From NCBI GenBank assembly GCA_964509615.1, contig CAZDXZ010000001.1, forward strand, positions 1 to 52,640: DNA of 52,640 nt. Reading direction: 5' to 3'. Numbering within the stretch: the first letter of the stretch is position 1; every line of letters begins with the position of its first letter. Position numbers and translations under genes: made by a program. Below are positions 24,790 through 33,394 of the stretch, in pieces. The DNA is from an uncultured Dehalococcoidales bacterium. GTDB lineage: Bacteria > Chloroflexota > Dehalococcoidia > GIF9 > UBA5629. The notes under the pieces are model-generated. The model did no database searches. It had not been told where the DNA came from and saw only the letters and a program-made list of their open reading frames with translations.

Positions 24790-26451
24790 GTGGCGGATTA
24801 TCCCTGGTACAAATCATACGACCAAGGAGTACCTCATTCCATCCAGCCCTATCCCGAGATTACCCTGCTGGATATCATCGCAGAGACCACGCGCGAAATG
24901 CCCGAGCACACGTTCATGTATTTCAAGGACAGGTATTTCTCATACAAGGAGGCGACCAGGCTGTTCGAGGTTATGGCTTCGGCGCTGATCGCCAAAGGGG
25001 TAAAGCCGGGGGACCGCGTGGCCAGCATGCTGCTGAATACGCCGCAGCAGCTGACAGCCGCATTCGGCACCATGAAGGCCGGCGCCATTTTCGTACCGCT
25101 TAATCCACTGTACAACGAAGATGAGCTGATACATGCGCTGACCACCGTGGAAGCCGAGATTATCATTGTCTGGGATCTGCTGTACGCAAACATCAAGAAG
25201 GTGCAGCCCCGCACCAAGCTCAAGCTGGTCATCGCCACCTCGCTGGAAGACTACATGCTGCCCGAGGCGAAGAAGCCGCATACCATGCAGCTGGAAAAGG
25301 GCGATATGTGGATGGATGAGCTGATGGAGCAGCATGCCAATGATCCTGCTCCCAATGTTAAACCGGGTGTAAATGACACAGCCCTGATACTGTTCAGCGG
25401 AGGGACGACCGGGGCCCCCAAGGGCGCCATGCTTTCTTTCAAGAACATGCTGGCCGTCGGACTGCAGACCAATGCCTGGAACAAATCGGGCATGGTCACC
25501 CCCGACGACTATACCATGGCGCTGATGCCCATGTTCCATGCCTACGGCTTCAACGGTGTTATCGGCAGTTCGATCGGCAACCGCAACCCTCTGGCGATCG
25601 TAGCCAATCCGAGAGACCTTGATGACGTGATTGCGACAATCAAGAAGGTCCGTCCCGGATCGATGCCCGGTGTGCCGACGCTCTTCATCGGTCTGATGGA
25701 GCATCCGGAGGTCAAGGCGGGCAAGGTGGATTTCTCATGTTTGAAGTACTGTCTCTCCGGCGCCATCCCGCTGATGGTTGAGACCAAGCAAAGGTGGGAG
25801 GCCATGACCGGCGCCCCTATTCTCGAGGCCTATGGCCTGACGGAATCCACGGTTGTATTCACCGTGGGCCCGCTCAAGGGACAGTGGAAGGAAGGAGCGG
25901 TTGGACTACCCCTGCCCGACGTCATAATTAAATTTATGGACGTCGCGGATCCCGACAGAGAGCTGCCTTACGGCGAGGAAGGCGAGGTAGTGGGCAAGGG
26001 TCCTCAGATCATGCAGGGATACTGGAATAATCCTAAGGGAACCAGTGAGATGGTCAAGGACGGCTGGTTGTACACCGGCGATATCGGTTATATGGACAAG
26101 GACGGATACCTTTACCTGACATCGCGCAAGAAGGACCTGATCAAGCCCAGCGGCCACCAGGTATGGCCCAAGGAAGTGGAAGAGGTCCTGGCAACCCATC
26201 CCGCCGTGGCCGAGGCATGCGTGGCGGGGATACCGGACGCCAAACAGGTCGAGGCGGTAAAGGCCTGGGTGATACTGCTGCCCGGGCAGAAAGCAACTGA
26301 AGAGGAGCTTCAGGCCTATTGCAGGGACAAGCTGACCGCCTACAAGGTACCCAAGTTCATTGAATTCCGCGACGCATTGCCCAAGACACTGGTCGGTAAA
26401 ATACTGAGAAGGGTGCTGCAGGAGGAAGAAAAGACCAAGTCATCTAAATAA
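24790..26451 (+). CDS. FadD-like AMP-dependent acyl-CoA ligase, array paralog 6
   Basis: The track start TTG 24775 lies inside the RBS GAGGAGG. The GTG at 24790 gives VADYPWYKSYDQGVP, matching the paralogs. ILFSGGTTGAPKG; LPKTLVGKILRR. Confidence 0.88.
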   Translation: MADYPWYKSYDQGVPHSIQPYPEITLLDIIAETTREMPEHTFMYFKDRYFSYKEATRLFEVMASALIAKGVKPGDRVASMLLNTPQQLTAAFGTMKAGAIFVPLNPLYNEDELIHALTTVEAEIIIVWDLLYANIKKVQPRTKLKLVIATSLEDYMLPEAKKPHTMQLEKGDMWMDELMEQHANDPAPNVKPGVNDTALILFSGGTTGAPKGAMLSFKNMLAVGLQTNAWNKSGMVTPDDYTMALMPMFHAYGFNGVIGSSIGNRNPLAIVANPRDLDDVIATIKKVRPGSMPGVPTLFIGLMEHPEVKAGKVDFSCLKYCLSGAIPLMVETKQRWEAMTGAPILEAYGLTESTVVFTVGPLKGQWKEGAVGLPLPDVIIKFMDVADPDRELPYGEEGEVVGKGPQIMQGYWNNPKGTSEMVKDGWLYTGDIGYMDKDGYLYLTSRKKDLIKPSGHQVWPKEVEEVLATHPAVAEACVAGIPDAKQVEAVKAWVILLPGQKATEEELQAYCRDKLTAYKVPKFIEFRDALPKTLVGKILRRVLQEEEKTKSSK

Positions 26452-26491
26452 CTTCACACATAAAATAATAATTTCTTACAGGAGGACATGA

Positions 26492-28180
26492 ATGGCCGAG
26501 TATCCATGGTTCAAGCATTATGATGAGGGTGTGCCTAAAACGCTTCAACCGTATCCTGACAAGAGGCTTTACGAGGATGTTGCCGACGTAGCCAGAGAGA
26601 GGCCCGGGCAGAAGTTTATCTGGTTCAAGGGCAGGTGGATGACCTACAAGGAGGTTGACCATCTGAGCGACGTACTGGCTGCGGGCCTGGTAGCCCAGGG
26701 GGTTAAGAAGGGCGACCGCGTTGCCATGCTGATGCCCAACTCACCGAATATCGTCATCAGCCAGCTTGCCATCTGGAAGGCGGGCGCCATCTCTGTGCCC
26801 GTCAATCCGCTTTACAGCGAGGGCGAGCTCGAGTTTGCGCTCAAGGAATGCGGCGCGGAAGTCGCTATCGTCCTGACGGCGTTTTACGACCCTGTGAAGA
26901 AGATCCAGGGGCGCACCAATCTGCGGCTGCTAATCGTTACCAGCGTAAAAGAGTACCTGTCTCCCTTCGTAAAGACGATCTTCACCCTGTTTATGGAGAA
27001 AAAGCAGGGGCAGTACCTGGAAAAAGTGCAGGGTAACGATATCTGGCTGCAGGACCTGATGAAAAAGCATGCCGGCGATAAGAAACCCGATATAAAGGTG
27101 AGCGGAAAGGATACCGGACTGCTGCTGTTCAGCGGCGGCACGACCGGCACACCCAAAGCCGTGATGCTGAGCCATGAAGCCATCTTCATGAACGGTCGGC
27201 AGATACATTCGTGGTCCAAGCCACTGGCTACGGACTGGACGGATGCGCTTGTCCTGCTGATGCCCTTCTTCCATGTTTACGGCAATGTAATCCTGCTATC
27301 GACGGCCATAGCAGGCCGTTATCCCACGGCACTAATCCCCAATCCCCGCGAGGTCAAGGACGTTCTGGCTACGATCAAGAAGGTCAAGCCGGCCTTCTTC
27401 CCGGCCATTTCGGCCATCTTCATCGGGCTTATGAACAGGCCTGAGGTAAAATCGGGCAAGATCGATTTCAAGACAATGAAGTCGTCGGTGGCGGCGGCTG
27501 CGCCGCTTCTGCCGGAGACCAAGAGGCAATGGGAGGCCATGACGGGAGGCAAGATCGTGGAAGCCTACGGCCTCACGGAATCGGGCGTGCTGGCCATGGG
27601 TCCCTTCCTGGGCAAATGGAAGGAGGGGGCGGTCGGCATGCCTACGCCCGATACGGTCATCAAGATCGTCGATATCGACACTGGCAAGACAGAGCTCAAG
27701 CCAGGAGAGGCGGGTGAGATAATAGCCAGTGGGCCGCACATCATGCAGGGCTACTGGAACCGTCCTGAAGCAACAGCGGAGATGCTGCGCGACGGCTGGC
27801 TTTACACGGGAGACATCGGTTACATGGATGAGGACGGCTACCTTTTTATAACTTCCCGCAAGAAGGACCTGATCAAGCCCAGCGGCCATCAGGTCTTCCC
27901 CGTCGAGATCGAGGAGATCATAGCCCAGCATCCCGCCGTGCTCGAGGTGGGTGTGGCCGGTGTGCCCGATCCTGCCCAGGGCGAAGCTGTGAAAGCGTGG
28001 ATAGTTTTGAGGGATGAACAATCCTGTACTGTCGAGGAGATACAGGTTTTCTGCCGCGATAAACTGACCGCATACAAGGTGCCCAAGCACGTGGAGTTCC
28101 GTGATGCGTTGCCCAAGACCATGGTGGGCAAGGTACTGCGCCGTATATTGCAGGAGGAAGATAGAGCCAAGGGCAAGTAA
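26492..28180 (+). CDS. FadD-like AMP-dependent acyl-CoA ligase, array paralog 7
   Basis: MAEYPWFKHYDEGVP; LLFSGGTTGTPKA; LPKTMVGKVLRR. RBS AGGAGG. Confidence 0.9.
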   Translation: MAEYPWFKHYDEGVPKTLQPYPDKRLYEDVADVARERPGQKFIWFKGRWMTYKEVDHLSDVLAAGLVAQGVKKGDRVAMLMPNSPNIVISQLAIWKAGAISVPVNPLYSEGELEFALKECGAEVAIVLTAFYDPVKKIQGRTNLRLLIVTSVKEYLSPFVKTIFTLFMEKKQGQYLEKVQGNDIWLQDLMKKHAGDKKPDIKVSGKDTGLLLFSGGTTGTPKAVMLSHEAIFMNGRQIHSWSKPLATDWTDALVLLMPFFHVYGNVILLSTAIAGRYPTALIPNPREVKDVLATIKKVKPAFFPAISAIFIGLMNRPEVKSGKIDFKTMKSSVAAAAPLLPETKRQWEAMTGGKIVEAYGLTESGVLAMGPFLGKWKEGAVGMPTPDTVIKIVDIDTGKTELKPGEAGEIIASGPHIMQGYWNRPEATAEMLRDGWLYTGDIGYMDEDGYLFITSRKKDLIKPSGHQVFPVEIEEIIAQHPAVLEVGVAGVPDPAQGEAVKAWIVLRDEQSCTVEEIQVFCRDKLTAYKVPKHVEFRDALPKTMVGKVLRRILQEEDRAKGK

Positions 28181-28190
28181 ATTCTGACAG

Positions 28191-28225
28191 AAAGCGGCGG
28201 GAGCACACTCCCGCCGCTTTTTTTA
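28191..28225. terminator. bidirectional Rho-independent terminator shared by the ligase array and the convergent 28245..30530 gene
   Basis: AAAGCGGCGGGAG-caca-CTCCCGCCGCTTT plus a run of 7 T (28218..24), with an A-run on the left for the opposite strand. Confidence 0.85.
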
Positions 28226-28244
28226 TTGTAAGAAATTGCAGCAC

Positions 28245-30530
28245 TTAGCCGGGTCGAGTCCCGTTGGGGAGGCCTTGCTCCCGGCTTTTAATGAAGTGCA
28301 CGACCTCTTTCAGGCCAAAGGTTCCCTCCATCGGTCCCAGCCTGGATGCCGCCAGGGCGCCCATGGCATTAGCCAGCCTGGCGGCCTCGTATAGTGGCAG
28401 GTTATCGAGGTATCCGCTAATGAAACCGGCATCGAAGCAATCGCCCGCGCCGGTGGGGTCGACGGCATTCACCCTGAATCCAGGCACATCGAAGGAGGAC
28501 TCTCGGGTGTATACACGGCAGCCGCTGTCACCTTGTTTAAGCGCCACAATTTTCACACCCGACTCGATCAACCGCCGGCAGGCCATGTCGGCATCCTGCT
28601 CGTGCATCAGCAGGCCGGCCTCATTGCCGCTGGGAAGCACGATGTCGGCCAGGCGGACGATGGGAAGCAATATATTTCTGCACTCCTCGGCGGAGAGCAG
28701 TTCGGGCCTTAAATTGGGATCGAGGCTGACGCTGCCGCCGGATTCTTTGACCGCCTCGGCCATCGCCATGCAGGCGTCCCTGATAGAGCGGCTTATGGAT
28801 AGCGAGCAGCCCATAAGGTGTAAATGGCGGAAGGATCGCGTATATTCGACCGCCCGGGAGATGGGAGGCAGGCGGTCCGATGCCGTGCCTGCGATGTGAA
28901 AGATAAAGTTGCGCCCGCCATCCCTGTCATAGGCCACGAAGGCGCAACCGGTGGACCTTCCCCTGATTGAAGAGATGAGTTTCCCATCAATGCCGTCATC
29001 CGAGAATCTTTTCCTCAACAGACGGCCGAAGCCATCCTGCCCCAGCGAGCCCACGAAGCCCGTGCGTTTCCCGATACGAGCAGAGGCGTCCGCGAAGATG
29101 GCGGGTGCGCCGCTGGGGAACGGACCCATGAAGCGGCCGATTGTGTCCAGGGGCATATCGACCGACGGGCGCATTATCTCCACGATCAATTCGCCCGCCG
29201 TCAGCACCTGGCCCTCATCCCAGAAAGGCAGCCTGCTGCGGCGCCGGAATTCTTTTTCAAGCACAGGGATTGAGTCCTGCAAATTGAAAGCACGGCAGTA
29301 CTTCAATATCTGTTGCGAGATGCTCTCAACCACGTACCGGTGTGGATCGAAGCCGTCTTTACTGAGGTTGGCATAAAGGCGTCTGCGCGCTTTCACCACT
29401 TCCCTGTCCGTCCATATGTAGCGTGCTCCGGTCTTGAGCAACCAGGTCTGCCTTTTATCAAATAGTCTCTCGAAAGGTATGCCGGACTCGTCAGGGTGCA
29501 GCCATTTACGCCACCGGCCGGAGCGGATAACCGCCTGTTTGAGCGATTCTTTGAAGTCTGAAGGGACTGCGGCGCTGCCGCCGATTGAGGACTTCTCCCT
29601 CGATTCAAGTTCGAAGAGGGCGTCGCATTCCACCTCGGTAAATTCGGGGCCGACATTGGCGCCCCCCATTTTGCTGGCCGGGTAGTCGGAGGGATTATCC
29701 ACGTTATCTGTGTAGTGTCCTTTCAGCACCATGCCGTAGGCGCCGGCGATAGCGTAGAGCTCCTTCGCCACCTGCGGATCGAACAGGGTGGTATCCAGGT
29801 CCGTTCCAACCTTTCCCACGATGAAGCACGGCCATGCCCGGCTTAAACCTTCCCGTGTCATACGTTTGCGCAATCCCGCCAGGAAACCGCTGAACATGTC
29901 TTCGTCGGCCAGGCCGCCCTTGACCTCCTCGGTGCCCACCTCGTATGCGACCGGGGGCAGCCCGTGCTTGATGCGGAATGACTCGCACTGCCCGATAAGT
30001 TGGACTGTCCTGTCTATGATCGTATTGAGCTCGAGTTTCCCGCCGGGCGGCAGGTCGCGGTCCACCGTTGGATCGATGTGAAGCAGGTCGAAACCTGCTG
30101 CAATAGCCGACTCCAGCGATGTCCGGAGCGCTCTCATTGTGCGGCCATAGGGCCATTTTTCGGTGGTATGCCTGTCCCGCAGCCAGGGACCGGCATGGTC
30201 TATCCCCAGTAGAATAGGGCCTTTAAAACCGACTTTCCGGGCGGTGCGCCTGACCAGAGCGACGAAGTTGGCATGGCTCCATCCCGTGTAGCCTCCGTCA
30301 AGGTCGACCTGATTGAGCGTAGCGGCGAAAAATATGGGGCAGTCCGCCTGCCTGGCAGCAAGCAGGGCCGCCTCAACCACCGAAAGGGAGTTGGCCGAAA
30401 CGGCCAGCAGCGTGCGCCAGGGCGCACCCTCTTTGGCCGACAGCCGGGAGAACGAGCGCAGTATAGCCTGGCACAGGGTTAACCCGCTGTGTGCCGACTG
30501 GCGCCTTGAATAGGAAACATCAGCTGTCAT
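28245..30530 (-). CDS. fusion protein: GatZ/KbaZ/AgaZ-like (tagatose-6-phosphate-kinase-named family) N-terminal domain + PfkB-family sugar kinase C-terminal domain (761 aa)
   Basis: N-terminal half: AVSANSLSVVEAALLAARQADCPIFFAATLNQVD..GGYTGW...LGIDHAGPW. C-terminal half: PfkB signatures GSLGQDGFG and VDPTGAGDCFDAGFISGYL. Confidence 0.75.
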   Translation of the reverse strand: MTADVSYSRRQSAHSGLTLCQAILRSFSRLSAKEGAPWRTLLAVSANSLSVVEAALLAARQADCPIFFAATLNQVDLDGGYTGWSHANFVALVRRTARKVGFKGPILLGIDHAGPWLRDRHTTEKWPYGRTMRALRTSLESAIAAGFDLLHIDPTVDRDLPPGGKLELNTIIDRTVQLIGQCESFRIKHGLPPVAYEVGTEEVKGGLADEDMFSGFLAGLRKRMTREGLSRAWPCFIVGKVGTDLDTTLFDPQVAKELYAIAGAYGMVLKGHYTDNVDNPSDYPASKMGGANVGPEFTEVECDALFELESREKSSIGGSAAVPSDFKESLKQAVIRSGRWRKWLHPDESGIPFERLFDKRQTWLLKTGARYIWTDREVVKARRRLYANLSKDGFDPHRYVVESISQQILKYCRAFNLQDSIPVLEKEFRRRSRLPFWDEGQVLTAGELIVEIMRPSVDMPLDTIGRFMGPFPSGAPAIFADASARIGKRTGFVGSLGQDGFGRLLRKRFSDDGIDGKLISSIRGRSTGCAFVAYDRDGGRNFIFHIAGTASDRLPPISRAVEYTRSFRHLHLMGCSLSISRSIRDACMAMAEAVKESGGSVSLDPNLRPELLSAEECRNILLPIVRLADIVLPSGNEAGLLMHEQDADMACRRLIESGVKIVALKQGDSGCRVYTRESSFDVPGFRVNAVDPTGAGDCFDAGFISGYLDNLPLYEAARLANAMGALAASRLGPMEGTFGLKEVVHFIKSREQGLPNGTRPG

Positions 30531-30572
30531 TAAGATATCTGAATGTACCGGTTTAACAGCTATTATACACAG

Positions 30573-32264
30573 TTAGAGCATCTTTTCGCCGCAAATATCT
30601 TCGGAGCACCAGCAGGTCAGGCTTCCTTCCACAAACTTTACATCTTTGAAGCCCGCGCCTTTGAGAGTGCAGCAGGCCTGGTATGCGCGCCCTCCACGCC
30701 GGCACATGACAACGGTCTCCTTTTCCTTATCCAGCTTGTCCATACCCTCGTATAACCTGTGTTGTGGCATTAGATGGGCCTGCGGCGCCTCGATCCAGGA
30801 CTGGTCGGCCTCATATTTACTTCTTACGTCAAGGAGAGTGAAATCATCACCTGAGTCTATCTTTTTTTTTGCAGCGTCGGGGCTGATGCCCTCCGTCCTT
30901 CCCTCCAGTTTATTGCGCACAAGGTTGGCTGCATGGTGAAGGACATCCAGGGCGGTGTTGTAGGGAGGGGCGTAGGCCAGGTCCAGGTCTGCCAGCGTGT
31001 CCACCGTCATTCCCATCGTAATTGCAGTGGCCAGCACATCGATGCGCTTGATGACTTCGCCGGGCCCGGTGCCCTGGCCGCCCAGTATGCGCCGGCTCTT
31101 CCTGTCCACGATGAGCTTGATTATTATCTCCTTGTAGCCCGGGTAATACATCGGCTTATCCGGGCCTGGAATAAGTGCGGTCACGGTTTCGAAACCTGCT
31201 TCAAGCGCCTGTTTCTCTCCCAGCCCCACGCGTCCGGTATTGAAATCGAATACCTTTACGCAGGCGGTGCTGACGATGCCGCCGAATTTTTCACTGCCGC
31301 CGGTTATATTGGCCGCTATCACATGTCCGTGCTTGTTGGCGGTGGAGCCCAGCGGCACGAATGTCTTCTTACCGGTGACGATGCTCAGGTTGGCCACGCA
31401 GTCGCCGCCGGCGTATATATCGGGATCGCTGGTCTGCAGATACTCGTTAACAAGGATGTCACCCGACGGGCCTATCTCCAACCCCGCTTCCTTTGCCAGC
31501 TTCGAATTGGGGCGCACGCCTATGGCGAAGATGACCACATCTCCCTCGATCGTCTCCTTATCCGTAACGGTGTGGCTCACTTTATCCCCCTCGCCTTTGA
31601 ACTCCGCCACCTTTTGCCCCAGCTTGAGGATTACCCCCTTGCTTTTCACGTGGTCGGCCAGCAGGTCGGATATCTCCGCATCAAGTATGCCCGGCAGAAT
31701 TTTATCCAGCGCCTCAACGACGGTGACGTTCAATCCTCGTGCGGACAGCGCCTCGATCATCTCGACTCCGATCAGGCCGGCGCCCACCACGACAGCTTTT
31801 TTTGAGACCGACTCGTGTATAAGAGCCCTTATATCGTCCGCATCGGGGACGCGTTTCAGAATGTGCACTCCTTTGAGGTTGATGCCTTGGATGGGGGGGA
31901 CTACGGGATTTGCGCCTGTGGCGATGACCAGCCTGTCGTATTCGATGGAATACTGCCGGCCTTCAGTCAGAGCGGTCACATCTATCCTGTGCGCCGGGCG
32001 GTCGATGCGGTCCACGCGTGTAGCCGTCAGCACGTCCACATTGCTGATTTTCTTAAAGGCGGCCGCGTCGCGCACCAGGAGCGAGTTGCGGGACTTGACG
32101 ACATTCGAGATGTAATAAGGCAGCCCGCATCCGGCGTAAGAGATCAGCTCTTCATCCTGAACCATGGTAATTTGAGCTTCCGCATCCAGCCTGCGCGCGC
32201 GGGCAGCCGTCTTGGGCCCGCAGGCGCCGCCGCCGATAATCACGATTTTCAATCCTCCGGACAT
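30573..32264 (-). CDS. CoA-disulfide reductase / NADH oxidase-family flavoprotein fused to a C-terminal rhodanese domain (563 aa)
   Basis: Start trimmed to ATG 32264 (MSGGLKIVIIGGGACGPK) with AGGAGG 8 nt upstream. Redox Cys in SYAGCGLPYY, second Rossmann VVVGAGLIGVE, and the rhodanese loop VVMCRRGGRA. Confidence 0.85.
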   Translation of the reverse strand: MSGGLKIVIIGGGACGPKTAARARRLDAEAQITMVQDEELISYAGCGLPYYISNVVKSRNSLLVRDAAAFKKISNVDVLTATRVDRIDRPAHRIDVTALTEGRQYSIEYDRLVIATGANPVVPPIQGINLKGVHILKRVPDADDIRALIHESVSKKAVVVGAGLIGVEMIEALSARGLNVTVVEALDKILPGILDAEISDLLADHVKSKGVILKLGQKVAEFKGEGDKVSHTVTDKETIEGDVVIFAIGVRPNSKLAKEAGLEIGPSGDILVNEYLQTSDPDIYAGGDCVANLSIVTGKKTFVPLGSTANKHGHVIAANITGGSEKFGGIVSTACVKVFDFNTGRVGLGEKQALEAGFETVTALIPGPDKPMYYPGYKEIIIKLIVDRKSRRILGGQGTGPGEVIKRIDVLATAITMGMTVDTLADLDLAYAPPYNTALDVLHHAANLVRNKLEGRTEGISPDAAKKKIDSGDDFTLLDVRSKYEADQSWIEAPQAHLMPQHRLYEGMDKLDKEKETVVMCRRGGRAYQACCTLKGAGFKDVKFVEGSLTCWCSEDICGEKML

Positions 32265-32364
32265 ATCGATGGTCCTCCTGACACAATCATAATCTAAATA
32301 GCCGACAAAGGTAATTATAATCGAAACAAATTGCCTGCAAAACCGGCTGAAGCTATACTTTAAT

Positions 32365-33312
32365 ATGAGGCAGGTGGCCTCAGGTAAAATGAGAATCAAG
32401 CTTGCGGCCGGCTTGGCCGCCGCCATTATACTCAGTCTGTGCGCGTGCTCAGCTTCATCGCTTCCGTTCATGCCTGCTCCGGCGCCGGCTAGACTCCCCG
32501 AGGTATTCTTTTTCAGAGCGGACAACTCGAGGATTGAGAGCGGCACGGCTGCTACGTTGCGCTGGAATATAGACGGCGCCGACGAGATCGTTATCGACCA
32601 TGGCATCGGACAGGTGGAGGCCAGCGGCCAGATTCAGGTCATGCCGACCGAGATAACTGCCTACAATCTGACCGCTGTCAGCAAGGGCGGCACCGTTGTG
32701 AGTTCCGTTATTATCAATGTCGTGCCCATGATAAAAACGGCCAGCCTCCCCACCAGCCCGGCTATTGATCCCAACGGCATCCCAGAGAATATTCGCGCCG
32801 ACATGCTACCTTCCTTAAAGGAAAACGAGTCCTATGTATTTTTCAAGGGGGCTATCATGGTGGGGGCTGATAATCATTACATCGTGCTGTGCAATAATCC
32901 CGCCGCTGGCAATCCGAGTTGGGCTGAATTAATAGCGTTCCTGCAAGCCGATCAGACCGACCGCCATGCCTATGTGACCGGCTCATTCACCTGCGGAGAC
33001 TTCTCCGAGATGCTGCATAACAACGCCGAGGCATCAGGCATCCGGGCGGCCATCGTCGCCGTCAAATTGCTGCCGGTCGGCATGGCTGAAGGCTACACCA
33101 ACCACTCTTTGAACGCCTTTCAGACGACGGACAAGGGACTGGTGTATATAGATACGACTTCATCCTCGCAGGGCTATTATGCCGATAAACAGGTTAAGGT
33201 GGAGGTCGGCCAGCAATACCAGCCGGTGGCTATTTTCCCGCAGCCGGGCCAGATGCAGGTCTGGCCCAGCATGGGCACGGTTATTTCAATAGATATACCT
33301 GCCTACTGGTAA
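32365..33312 (+). CDS. predicted lipoprotein, hypothetical; N-terminal Ig-like segment and possible transglutaminase/papain-like C-terminal core
   Basis: Signal peptide with LSLCAC lipobox. The Cys..His..Asp spacing in SFTCGDFSEMLHNNAEASGIRAAIV ... NHSLNAF ... LVYIDT recalls transglutaminase-like cores (weak). An alternative start lies at 32389. Confidence 0.5.
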   Translation: MRQVASGKMRIKLAAGLAAAIILSLCACSASSLPFMPAPAPARLPEVFFFRADNSRIESGTAATLRWNIDGADEIVIDHGIGQVEASGQIQVMPTEITAYNLTAVSKGGTVVSSVIINVVPMIKTASLPTSPAIDPNGIPENIRADMLPSLKENESYVFFKGAIMVGADNHYIVLCNNPAAGNPSWAELIAFLQADQTDRHAYVTGSFTCGDFSEMLHNNAEASGIRAAIVAVKLLPVGMAEGYTNHSLNAFQTTDKGLVYIDTTSSSQGYYADKQVKVEVGQQYQPVAIFPQPGQMQVWPSMGTVISIDIPAYW

Positions 33313-33394
33313 CCGGATCGACCCGGCCGTAAAGATTATTTATGCCTTTCCATGCGATAATATGTTTATCTTATATCCAAGGGAGCGGTGATGC

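Larger units (their letters stand above)
16008..28180 (+). repeat. tandem array of seven paralogous FadD-like acyl-CoA ligase genes
   Basis: Seven consecutive same-strand ORFs of 547-568 aa. All share the N-terminal YPW(F/Y)K.YD.GVP..L(E/Q)PYP, the (I/L)LFSGGTTG.PK motif, DGWLYTGDIGY.D.DG and a C-terminal LPKT.VGK(I/V)L(R/K)R motif. Confidence 0.9.

Noticed and set aside
16008-28180. Ligase array as an NRPS/PKS-like adenylation assembly line
   Set aside because: The genes are stand-alone, about 560 aa each. They have FadD-type N-termini and no carrier-protein, condensation, KS or thioesterase domains in or between them.
32265-32606. 114-aa N-terminal extension of the CoADR-rhodanese ORF
   Set aside because: The Rossmann fold begins right after ATG 32264, which has an AGGAGG RBS. 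The extension would overlap the divergent lipoprotein gene start.
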